Shown: in pieces, positions 30,154 through 38,914 of the stretch
Position numbering within the stretch: position 1 is the stretch's first letter
How the letters are laid out: every line of letters starts with the position of its first letter
Source: Patescibacteria group bacterium
Lineage (GTDB): Bacteria; Patescibacteriota; Patescibacteriia; Patescibacteriales; UBA12465
NCBI GenBank assembly: GCA_041649315.1
Contig: JBAZNJ010000002.1
Coordinates: 64,851 to 128,850 of the forward strand
Reading direction: 5' to 3'
DNA: 64,000 nucleotides
The notes under the pieces: generated by a model
Databases searched by the model: none
Told to the model about the DNA's origin: nothing
Seen by the model: the letters and a program-made list of their open reading frames with translations, nothing else
Program-made: the position numbers and the translations under genes

Positions 30154-32091
30154 ATGCATAAAAACCAGGGGCAGAAAAATAAAAAAAAGAAATGGCTTTA
30201 TATCGGCGGCGGAATTGTCGTTATTATTATTTTATTGGTTTGGCTAGGCGGGAAAAAGCCGGAGCCGGTTTATTCAACGGTTGAAGTCGTTCAAGGGGAA
30301 CTGGTCCAGACCGTAAGCGAGACCGGCACGATTAAGCCCTTACAAAAAATAGAATTAAATTTTCCGCAGACCGGGAAAATAGCTAAGATTTTAGTCCGGG
30401 TCGGGGATCGGGTTATAGCGGATCAGGTTTTAGCTGAGCTTGATTATTCCTCTTTACTTATCCGGGAACAAGAGGCCCAAGCCGCCTTGGATTTGGCTTT
30501 GGCTAATCAGGATAAATTAAAACGAGGCGCGACCGCGGCGGAAATCGCGGTTTTAGCGGCCCAGGTGAGCCAGGCTAAAGCCGCTTACGAGGGCGCGGCT
30601 AATGATTATGATAAGACCCGGGCCTCAGTCGCGGAAACTATAAACCAGGCTGAGAAAAAACTTAGCGACCTTGAAGACGAGACCGCGGCCACGCCAACGG
30701 CCTTAGAACAGGCCGTAGCGATTGCCCAGCTTAACCTTAATAATGGCCGGACCAGTTATCAGCAGGCGATTGATAACGCGGAAAATAATTTTTTAACCGC
30801 GGCCGATTATGATATCACGGTTGCTAATTCGGCGCTTGATAAAATTTTAACGATTTTAAACGATGATGATTTAGAAAATATTTTAAGCGTTAAGAATATT
30901 AGTTATAAAATCGCGACCGAGAACTATTATAACGATGCTAAAGATTTAAAAGCCGCCGCTGATAGTGCCTTAGCCGCGGCACGCTTGAGTGGGGCAGAGG
31001 CCGATTTTAATGCGCTTAATACTGCGGTAGCCGCCTATCTTAACGCTACTTTTCAGGCCTTGAATAATTGTTATAGCGCTTTAGAAAATACGATTACGAC
31101 TTCCGGAATGACTCAGACGGAATTAGACGCTTTTAAAACTACGGTTAATACCCAGATTACGGCAGTCAATACCGGCTTAAGCTCCTTGCAGACCGCGAAA
31201 TATAATCTGGATAATGCTTTTTTATCTTATAGTAATAATATCGCCTCTTTGACCCAGTCCTTGACTCAGGCCGAGGTTAATTTAAGCGAAGGGATTACTA
31301 CGGCTCGTAATTCCTTATCTTCCGCCCGACTCACTGGCGATAAGCAGATTGCGGCCGCGAAAACCGCGATGGAGGCGGCTAAGGAGGCCTGGGGCGTAGC
31401 GGATCGGCAATTGACGAAGTTAAAAGCGCCGGCCCGATCCGAGGATTTAAGTTCGGCTGAGGCCCAGGTGCGCCAGGCTCAATCTAATTTAGAACTGATC
31501 AAAAAACAGCAGGCCGACAGTGTTCTAAAATCGCCGATTGATGGGCAGATTGTCGCCCTTAATTATGAGGTCGGCGAACAGTTTTCCGGCGCTAAAGCGA
31601 TGTTTGAAATTTTAACTGAGAATAATTTTGAAATTGAGGCGGATATTTCCGAAACGGATATTTCTAAAGTTAAGATTGACGATCGGGCGATTATAACTTT
31701 TGATGCTTTAGGCGAAAGCCATAAATTTAAGGGCCGAGTGAGTGCGGTTGAACCGAGCGCGACCGTTATCCAGGGGGTGATTTATTATAAAGTCAAAGTC
31801 GCTTTAGAGCATCCGCCGGTCGGTGATCAAGAATACGAGGCTTATAGCCTGATCAAACCGGAAATGTCGGCCAACCTTGTGGTTTATACTGATAGCCGAA
31901 GCGGCGCGCTTTTAGTGCCGAGCCGGGCGGTTTTAGAGAAGAATGGCCAGGGAAATTTTGTCCGTATTCTTGACGGCAAGGATTTACGCGAAGTGCCGGT
32001 TACGATTGGTTTGCGCGGCGACGGCGGTTTAGTGGAAATAGTTAATGGCGATATCAAACTTGGAGAATTGGCTGTCACTTTTGTGAAGTAG
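30154..32091 (+). CDS. HlyD/MacA-family membrane-fusion (periplasmic adaptor) protein, 645 aa with a very long helical hairpin
   Basis: N-terminal TM, a lipoyl-like segment (IKPLQKIELNFPQTGKIAKILVRVGDRV ... SPIDGQIVALN) and a beta-barrel C-terminus. Confidence 0.85.
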   Translation: MHKNQGQKNKKKKWLYIGGGIVVIIILLVWLGGKKPEPVYSTVEVVQGELVQTVSETGTIKPLQKIELNFPQTGKIAKILVRVGDRVIADQVLAELDYSSLLIREQEAQAALDLALANQDKLKRGATAAEIAVLAAQVSQAKAAYEGAANDYDKTRASVAETINQAEKKLSDLEDETAATPTALEQAVAIAQLNLNNGRTSYQQAIDNAENNFLTAADYDITVANSALDKILTILNDDDLENILSVKNISYKIATENYYNDAKDLKAAADSALAAARLSGAEADFNALNTAVAAYLNATFQALNNCYSALENTITTSGMTQTELDAFKTTVNTQITAVNTGLSSLQTAKYNLDNAFLSYSNNIASLTQSLTQAEVNLSEGITTARNSLSSARLTGDKQIAAAKTAMEAAKEAWGVADRQLTKLKAPARSEDLSSAEAQVRQAQSNLELIKKQQADSVLKSPIDGQIVALNYEVGEQFSGAKAMFEILTENNFEIEADISETDISKVKIDDRAIITFDALGESHKFKGRVSAVEPSATVIQGVIYYKVKVALEHPPVGDQEYEAYSLIKPEMSANLVVYTDSRSGALLVPSRAVLEKNGQGNFVRILDGKDLREVPVTIGLRGDGGLVEIVNGDIKLGELAVTFVK

Positions 32092-32137
32092 AAGGGGTGT
32101 TAAAAGTATATAATCTTAAATTAGTTTAATATTAGAT

Positions 32138-32166
32138 AAAAAGCAACGAATAGTCGTTGCTTTTTG
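32138..32166 (+). terminator. Intrinsic terminator after the adaptor gene
   Basis: AAGCAACGA-atag-TCGTTGCTT followed by TTT. Confidence 0.65.
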
Positions 32167-32183
32167 TTTAGGAGAATGAAAAG

Positions 32184-32219
32184 TTGACTTATTATTTCTT
32201 TGTGGTATAATATTACCAC
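32184..32219 (+). promoter_or_regulatory. Sigma70-like promoter with extended -10, overlapped by an inverted repeat (candidate operator)
   Basis: TTGACT (32184-89), 16-nt spacer, TGgTATAAT (-10 at 32206-11). GTGGTA (32202-07) and TACCAC (32214-19) are inverted half-sites. Confidence 0.5.
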
Positions 32220-32259
32220 AGACATGACTTTTATTAAATTTTTATAAAATAAGTAAAAA

Positions 32260-32643
32260 ATGAATTTTATGACGAAAAACTTAAAAAGATTCGGCGCTCA
32301 GCTTAACAAGCTAAGGGCTGAAAGCGATTTAAGCATTCGTGAAGTGTGTAAATTAGTGAGCTACGATCCGAGCAATTGGAGTAAAATCGAAAGAGGATTA
32401 ATTTCTCCGCCGTCGGATGAAAAAGCTCTACTAACTTGGGCTAAAGCCCTAAAGGTAAAGAAAAATGATGTCCAAGGATTTCTGGATAATGCTCAGATCG
32501 CTCAGGGGATTATTCCCGACGACATCTTAGATAGGAAGGAAATGTTAGAGCTTATGCCGGCTTTTTTCCGAGTAATACGCAGTAAAAAATCAAGTAAGAA
32601 AGAGATTGATAATTTAATTAAACTTATAAAACAGGCCAATTAA
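32260..32643 (+). CDS. XRE-family helix-turn-helix protein (possible controller of the R-M locus)
   Basis: SIREVCKLVSYDPSNWSKIERG is a typical HTH_3 core. First gene of the island, same strand as hsdM. Confidence 0.75.
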   Translation: MNFMTKNLKRFGAQLNKLRAESDLSIREVCKLVSYDPSNWSKIERGLISPPSDEKALLTWAKALKVKKNDVQGFLDNAQIAQGIIPDDILDRKEMLELMPAFFRVIRSKKSSKKEIDNLIKLIKQAN

Positions 32644-32645
32644 GT

Positions 32646-32677
32646 AATGTTTAACCTTGCATAAACATTGCTTTTTT
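32646..32677 (+). terminator. Hairpin plus T-run between the HTH gene and hsdM
   Basis: AATGTTTA-accttgca-TAAACATT followed by gCTTTTTT. Confidence 0.5.
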
Positions 32678-32732
32678 GTAATTTTAGGGATAAAATTGAG
32701 ATAAGAGAATATAATTTCCATCTTATTTTTAT

Positions 32733-34184
32733 ATGTTTGAACAATCATTTAAAAATATTGATAACATTCTTCATACCGATTCCGGCTGCGGAACGGAGCT
32801 TGATTATGTAGAGCAAACTTCATGGATTTTATTTTTGAAATATCTTGATGATTTGGAAGAAGACAAAAAAAAGTCAGCTACCTTGTCCGGCAAAAGTTAT
32901 GAATATATTTTATCCCCAGAATATCGCTGGAACACTTGGGCTTGCCCAAAAAACGGCGGTGAAAAATTGGATCATAACAAAGCGCTGGATGGCGATGATC
33001 TGAAAGATTTTGTAAATAACAAACTTTTTCCTTATCTAAAAAAATTTAGAGCCGAAGACCCAAATACAATTGAATACAAAATTGGTGAGATATTTTCCGA
33101 ACTCAAAAATAAAATTTCCAGCGGATACAAACTCCGAGAAATTTTAAATATCGTTGATGATATGCATTTCCGGCTTTATGAAGAAAAGCACGAACTCTCT
33201 CATCTCTATGAAGCCAAAATCAAAAACATGGGAAACGCCGGACGAAACGGCGGTGAATATTACACGCCACGACCACTGATTAAAACGATTGTCAAAGTAG
33301 TGGATCCTAAAATCGGCGACACGATTTATGACGGCGCTTGTGGGAGTGCGGGATTTTTAGTGGAAGCCTACAAATATCTCACAGAAAATCAATCCAAACT
33401 GTCTTCAAGTCAAATGGCGACTTTGCAGACCAAAACTTTTTACGGCAAGGAAATCAAATCCCTCGCCTACATCATCGGCATTATGAATATGATTTTGCAC
33501 GGCATTGAAGCGCCGAATATCCGCCACACGAATACATTGGCGGAAAACATCAATGATATTCAGGGAAAAGACCGGTTTGACATCATCTTAGCTAATCCAC
33601 CCTTTGGCGCTGGTATTGGTCGCGAAATCCAACAAAATTTTCCTATCAAAACTGGCGAAACCGCTTTTCTGTTCTTGCAACATTTTATAAAGATTTTAAA
33701 AGCTGGCGGAAAGGCTGGAATTGTCATTAAAAATACTTTTCTTTCCAACACGGATAATGCCAGCGTATCGCTTCGCAAACTGCTTTTGGAAAATTGCAAT
33801 TTGCATACGGTTTTGGATTTGCCCGGAGGAGCTTTTCAAGGCGCGGGAGTAAAAACTGTAATTTTATTTTTTGAAAAAGGAGCGCCAACAAAAAAAGTTT
33901 GGTTTTATCAGCTTAATCTCGCACGCAATCTTGGCAAAGGGCAGCCCTTAAGTGAAACCGACTTGGCGGAATTTGTGGAGTTACAAAAAACGAAGGCGGA
34001 CAGCACAAATTCATGGTCAATAGATGTGAAAAATGTTGATCAAAATACTTTTGATTTATCGGTAAAAAATCCGAATAAAAATGACGAAGTAGTTTTAAGA
34101 GAGCCAAAAGAGATTTTGGAGGAGATGAATAAATTGGATTCAGAGAGTAAGAAAATTTTAGATAATATCAATCAATTTTTATAA
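32733..34184 (+). CDS. hsdM: Type I restriction-modification system, DNA methyltransferase subunit M
   Basis: HsdM_N-like N-terminus (DYVEQTSWILFLKYLDD), motif I DGACGSAGFL, motif IV NPPFG. Confidence 0.95.
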   Translation: MFEQSFKNIDNILHTDSGCGTELDYVEQTSWILFLKYLDDLEEDKKKSATLSGKSYEYILSPEYRWNTWACPKNGGEKLDHNKALDGDDLKDFVNNKLFPYLKKFRAEDPNTIEYKIGEIFSELKNKISSGYKLREILNIVDDMHFRLYEEKHELSHLYEAKIKNMGNAGRNGGEYYTPRPLIKTIVKVVDPKIGDTIYDGACGSAGFLVEAYKYLTENQSKLSSSQMATLQTKTFYGKEIKSLAYIIGIMNMILHGIEAPNIRHTNTLAENINDIQGKDRFDIILANPPFGAGIGREIQQNFPIKTGETAFLFLQHFIKILKAGGKAGIVIKNTFLSNTDNASVSLRKLLLENCNLHTVLDLPGGAFQGAGVKTVILFFEKGAPTKKVWFYQLNLARNLGKGQPLSETDLAEFVELQKTKADSTNSWSIDVKNVDQNTFDLSVKNPNKNDEVVLREPKEILEEMNKLDSESKKILDNINQFL

Positions 34185-34186
34185 TT

Positions 34187-35452
34187 ATGGATAATACTGA
34201 ACAAAAAATTAAATGCCCTAAATGTGGAGAATCAATCTCGATTGATGATGTTTTGACGCACCAAATTGAGGAAAAAATTAAAAAAGATTTTGAAACAAAA
34301 CAAAAGGTAAAAGAGGCGGAGTTAGAACAGAAAGAAACAGATTTAAAGAAACAAGCTGATGCGCTTGCCACGAGTAAAAAAGAAATTGATTCGGTCGTCG
34401 CAAAGCAAGTAGACGATAAGATGGGCAAAGAAAGATTAAAGCTATACAAAGAGGCAAAGACAGAGGCAGAAAAAGAGCAAAATGTAAAAACAGCCCTTCT
34501 TGAAGAACAACTCAAAAATAAAGAAGAAAAATTGGCTCAAGCGACAAAAAATGAGATCGAATTACGCAAAGAAAAAATAAAACTGGACGAGGAAAAACAG
34601 GCATTCGAACTAGAGAAAATGAGACAATTGGAAGAAGCAAAAAAGACAATCGTTGAAGAGGCAAACAAGAAAGCAACCGAGGAACAGCAATATGTTATTG
34701 CACAACTAAAAAAACAGCTAACCGATGCGACAAAGGCCAAAGATGATTTGGCTAGAAAGCTTGAACAAGGATCACAACAAACACAGGGTGAAGTTTTGGA
34801 ATTAGAGCTTGAAGAAATCTTAAAAGCAGAATTTCCACAGGATGAAATTGTGCCGGTGCCGAAAGGCGTTAAAGGTGCCGATGTTATTCATAAAATCATT
34901 GATCGATCCGGTGGCTTATGTGGGCAGATAATTTGGGAATCGAAAAAAACCAAAGCATGGAGCGAAGGATGGATTCAAAAACTTAAAGATGATCAACGCG
35001 CAATTAAGGCTGATTTAGCGGTAATTGTATCAATAGTTTTACCGACAGACGTAAAAGGATTTTCGCTTCGTGACGGTGTTTTTGTTTGTGATGTAAAGTT
35101 GGCTATCAATTTAGCTTCTTTACTAAGATACGATTTATTAAAAGTTTCCGAAGCGAACAGAGCTTTAACTGGGAAAGACGAAAAAAGAGACGTGGTTTAC
35201 GCTTATGTAAACAGTGTAGATTTCAAGCAAAGAATTCAAACTATTGCGGAAGCTTTTATTGAAATGAAAAATGATATTGATAAAGAAAAAAGATCATATC
35301 AAGCCATTTGGGCAAAGAGAGAAAAACAAGTTCAAAGAGTTATAGATAATACGTTCGGAATTTATGGCGATTTAAAAGGCTTAACTGGTGGCACTATGCA
35401 AGAAATTAAATTGCTTGAGTTGGGTGAAGGCGAAAATGAAGAAAATAAATAA
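34187..35452 (+). CDS. DUF2130-like protein: zinc-ribbon-like N-terminus, long K/E coiled coil, C-terminal PD-(D/E)xK-like module
   Basis: KCPKCGESISIDD; about 200 aa of heptad-like K/E/Q repeats; GADVIHKI...GQIIWESKKTK. Family name is from memory. Confidence 0.7.
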   Translation: MDNTEQKIKCPKCGESISIDDVLTHQIEEKIKKDFETKQKVKEAELEQKETDLKKQADALATSKKEIDSVVAKQVDDKMGKERLKLYKEAKTEAEKEQNVKTALLEEQLKNKEEKLAQATKNEIELRKEKIKLDEEKQAFELEKMRQLEEAKKTIVEEANKKATEEQQYVIAQLKKQLTDATKAKDDLARKLEQGSQQTQGEVLELELEEILKAEFPQDEIVPVPKGVKGADVIHKIIDRSGGLCGQIIWESKKTKAWSEGWIQKLKDDQRAIKADLAVIVSIVLPTDVKGFSLRDGVFVCDVKLAINLASLLRYDLLKVSEANRALTGKDEKRDVVYAYVNSVDFKQRIQTIAEAFIEMKNDIDKEKRSYQAIWAKREKQVQRVIDNTFGIYGDLKGLTGGTMQEIKLLELGEGENEENK

Positions 35453-35478
35453 TATTATTAATAATTAACTTAAACAAT

Positions 35479-35802
35479 ATGAACAATTATCAAAATTTTT
35501 TAAATGCAATAGATCAAAAGAAAATTATAAAAGTTAAATTTAATTCTCAAGAAAAAGGAATGATTGAACGAGATTGCGTTCCGTTTGATTTTGGACCATC
35601 AAGAAGAAATCTTTCACCGAATCCAGACAGGTATCATTTGTATGATCTCAATAGCCCGGATGGAAGCCACAATTTATCCATTTTGCCTGAACAAATTATT
35701 ATAATAGAAATCACAAGTCAGAGTTTTGAGCCAGCAGATTATATAACATGGCAACCGCCATATAATTGGTTTATTGCTCGTGATTGGGGTGCTTATTCAT
35801 AA
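35479..35802 (+). CDS. Hypothetical small soluble protein (107 aa)
   Basis: ORF only. The pattern ERDCVPFDF...YHLYD...LSILPEQIIIIEIT..F.P is faintly WYL/SH3-barrel-like (speculative). Confidence 0.5.
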   Translation: MNNYQNFLNAIDQKKIIKVKFNSQEKGMIERDCVPFDFGPSRRNLSPNPDRYHLYDLNSPDGSHNLSILPEQIIIIEITSQSFEPADYITWQPPYNWFIARDWGAYS

Positions 35803-35805
35803 ATT

Positions 35806-37704
35806 ATGTTTTTATCAAAATTCATCATCTTAAATAATAAAAGTTGCAAAAATATTAATCTTGCTCAGTCTAAAACTGAACCGGAAGTTTTAATTGGTAT
35901 AAATGATTGTGGTAAATCAACTATATTGAAATCTTTGGATGTTTTTTTTGATGAGAAAAAAAGTCTTAATTTTCTTCGAGAAGACCAGCAAAAAAGTGAT
36001 TTTTCTAACTCGCCACTTAATGAAGAAGAATTTAATCAAATATTGAACGATAACACTTATCCATCATTTCAAAAGTATTCCGGAAATATAATCGGAATTT
36101 TATGCGAATTTGAATTAGAAGAAGCTGATAAAACAGATACTGATTTTCAAGATAGTGCAAAAAATACGCATTTAAAATGGGCAATTGGAGATTCTGATAA
36201 AATTGCTATCTTACGCATTTTCCATGATAACTCTGACGGAAGTCAAAATTTAACTGGGTATTATTTATTGACCAATGATTATAAAAAAGATGAAAATTTT
36301 ATAGAAGCATGGAGCAAAACTAAAGATGGTTTAAAAAAAATCCGCAAAGACCTTGATGTAAAAGATGAAGATGTAACAAATGAAAATGGCAAAGGACCTT
36401 TTAAGAATATCGAAGAAATAAGAGCTATTTATAAAAAAGTTGAAACCGATTTGAAGCCGACATGGTTTTTATACAAAGATTTTTCTAGAGACAAAACATT
36501 TTTCCCAAGTTTTAAGTATCTTAACTGGGATTTTTCTCTAAAAGATTTAGAAGATATGGCCACAGAGGCCATGAATGAAGTAACGAGTCCATTGCTCGGA
36601 GAAATAAAAGCATTAGCATCGACAAAGCAAGCCGAAGCAGTTGAAGGCGTAAATAATAAATTTGACGAATTAATGGGCGATCTGAAAGATGAATTGCCTT
36701 CAAGCATAAAAAAAATTAGCTCCTCTGTGTTTTTTAATGTTAACCAAAAAATTACTGATATAAAATTAACAAAAGAGAATGTGGATGGTGAGGTGCATAT
36801 TGATAATCAAGGCGATGGAATAAAAAGACAAATTTGGTTCGCATTATTAAAATGGCGTAGTAAACTACCCGCAAGCGAAATAAAAAGAAATAAATATGTT
36901 TGGTGTTTTGATGAGCCAGAAACACATTTGTATCCGTCGGCGCAAAGACAGCTTTTTAGTACTTTCCGCGATATGTGCGAGAAAGAATTTCAAATTTTAT
37001 TAAGCACTCATTCCACGGTATTTATTGATAGAACAAAAATCAACAATATTAATAAAGTTGTTTTAAATGATGGCTATTCCGTAATTAATAAAACAGATAG
37101 CATAGATGATATTTTTGATTGCTTGGGTTTGCAGAACAGTGATTTTTTATTTTTTGATAAATTTCTTGCCGTTGAAGGACCAACCGAATATGAATTGATT
37201 CCAAAATTGTATAAATTAAAATTTGGCAAAACCTTAATTGAAGATGGAATTCAATTGATAAATTTAAAAGGTAAATCGCAATGTCAAAATCATAAGCAAA
37301 TTTTAGAAGATATTTTGTCAAAATTTCAAAAGACTGACGACAAAATTTATTATTTATTTGATACTGATACGGGAATCACAAGTACAACAAATATTTGCAC
37401 TTTAGGTGCTTATGATATAGAAGATTTAATTCCAAACAATATATGGATAAAATTCGTTAAAGATAATTGCGATATTGATATTACGGAATCAATTTTGAAT
37501 GATGAGATACGAGCAAAATTAGCGGGTGAACGAAACAAGAAATTTTATAAATTACTTAGAGATTATGTAGCAAATAATGTTGTAGATGATAAATATTTAC
37601 CATCAAAAGGTAGCGATTCTGGATCACTATTAGCAGAATGTTTTACCGATAAAAAAGAAATACCAACCAGTATTAGTGATTTTTTTGACTGTATAAATAC
37701 ATAA
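35806..37704 (+). CDS. OLD-family nuclease (N-terminal ABC-type ATPase plus C-terminal Toprim)
   Basis: Walker A GINDCGKST, Walker B/D-loop WCFDEPETHLYP, H-loop LLSTHS, Toprim AVEGPTEYE and LFDTDTG. Confidence 0.8.
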   Translation: MFLSKFIILNNKSCKNINLAQSKTEPEVLIGINDCGKSTILKSLDVFFDEKKSLNFLREDQQKSDFSNSPLNEEEFNQILNDNTYPSFQKYSGNIIGILCEFELEEADKTDTDFQDSAKNTHLKWAIGDSDKIAILRIFHDNSDGSQNLTGYYLLTNDYKKDENFIEAWSKTKDGLKKIRKDLDVKDEDVTNENGKGPFKNIEEIRAIYKKVETDLKPTWFLYKDFSRDKTFFPSFKYLNWDFSLKDLEDMATEAMNEVTSPLLGEIKALASTKQAEAVEGVNNKFDELMGDLKDELPSSIKKISSSVFFNVNQKITDIKLTKENVDGEVHIDNQGDGIKRQIWFALLKWRSKLPASEIKRNKYVWCFDEPETHLYPSAQRQLFSTFRDMCEKEFQILLSTHSTVFIDRTKINNINKVVLNDGYSVINKTDSIDDIFDCLGLQNSDFLFFDKFLAVEGPTEYELIPKLYKLKFGKTLIEDGIQLINLKGKSQCQNHKQILEDILSKFQKTDDKIYYLFDTDTGITSTTNICTLGAYDIEDLIPNNIWIKFVKDNCDIDITESILNDEIRAKLAGERNKKFYKLLRDYVANNVVDDKYLPSKGSDSGSLLAECFTDKKEIPTSISDFFDCINT

Positions 37705-37705
37705 T

Positions 37706-38902
37706 ATGAACAAAACCGATAAAACTAACTGGCAAACAAAAAAACTCGGTGAAGTTTGTGATATTGGCGCTGGAAATTCCGCTCCACAAAAAAAAGAGTA
37801 TTTTGTTGATGGAGTTTATCCATTTTTTAGAACTTCCGATATTGGTCAGATTCATATTGGAAGAATTACAGAATCCTCTGATTACCTTAATGAAAAAGGG
37901 ATTAAAGGTTTAAAATTATTCAATAAAGGAACAATTCTTTTGCCAAAGAGCGGCGCTTCGACCTTTCTCAATCATCGAGTTGTTTTGGACATAGATGGTT
38001 ATGTTTCCAGTCACTTGGCGACAGTAAAAACGGATGAAAAAGTTTTAAACAATAATTATTTATTTTACTTTTTACAAGAAGTTAAAGCTCAAGACTTAAT
38101 TCAGGATCACAAGTATCCATCTCTAAATTTGCCAGTGATAGGAAATATCGAAATTTCTTATCCAAAATCCCTCCCCGAGCAACACCGCATTGTCAAAATT
38201 TTGGATGAGGTTTTTGCGGATGTGGCGAAGGCGAAAGAAAATGCGGAAAAAAATCTCCAAAACTCCAAAGAACTTTTTGAGTCGTATTTGCAGAGGGTTT
38301 TTGCAAATCCGGGGCATGATTGGGAAGAGAAAAGATTGGGCGAAGCTTACGATGTCCGTGACGGAACTCATGATTCGCCAAAATATCAAAAAGAGGGCTA
38401 CGCTTTAATTACTTCAAAAAATCTCAAAAGAGATGAACTAGATTATCAAAAGATTAAGTACATCTCGGAAAAGGATTACAAAAAAATTAATGAACGAAGC
38501 AAGGTACACAAGGGAGACATTTTATTTGCAATGATTGGCACCATCGGTAATCCTGTTGTGATAAAAACAGAACCAGACTTTGCTATAAAAAACGTTGCTT
38601 TATTTAAAATACCAAAAGAACAAAACAGCTATTTTCTCAAATACTTTTTAGATTCAAAATTTGTTATTGATAAAATGATGAGTGAAGCCAAAGGAACAAC
38701 TCAAAAATTTGTTGGTTTAGGCTATTTAAGAAATTTCAAAATTCAATTACCAAAATTAGACGAACAAAAATCCATCGTCGCTAAACTAGACGCGCTTTCT
38801 GCTGAAACCAGAAAACTGGAAACGATTTACCAACAAAAATTAACTGATTTAGAGGAGCTGAAAAAATCAGTCCTTAAACGAGCCTTTAATGGCGATTTAT
38901 AA
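37706..38902 (+). CDS. hsdS: Type I R-M specificity subunit S (two target-recognition domains)
   Basis: Duplicated TRD plus conserved helices (LPEQHRIVKILDEVF... and LDEQKSIVAKLDALS...); starts with WQTKKLGEV. Confidence 0.93.
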   Translation: MNKTDKTNWQTKKLGEVCDIGAGNSAPQKKEYFVDGVYPFFRTSDIGQIHIGRITESSDYLNEKGIKGLKLFNKGTILLPKSGASTFLNHRVVLDIDGYVSSHLATVKTDEKVLNNNYLFYFLQEVKAQDLIQDHKYPSLNLPVIGNIEISYPKSLPEQHRIVKILDEVFADVAKAKENAEKNLQNSKELFESYLQRVFANPGHDWEEKRLGEAYDVRDGTHDSPKYQKEGYALITSKNLKRDELDYQKIKYISEKDYKKINERSKVHKGDILFAMIGTIGNPVVIKTEPDFAIKNVALFKIPKEQNSYFLKYFLDSKFVIDKMMSEAKGTTQKFVGLGYLRNFKIQLPKLDEQKSIVAKLDALSAETRKLETIYQQKLTDLEELKKSVLKRAFNGDL

Positions 38903-38914
38903 TAAAATAAACTT

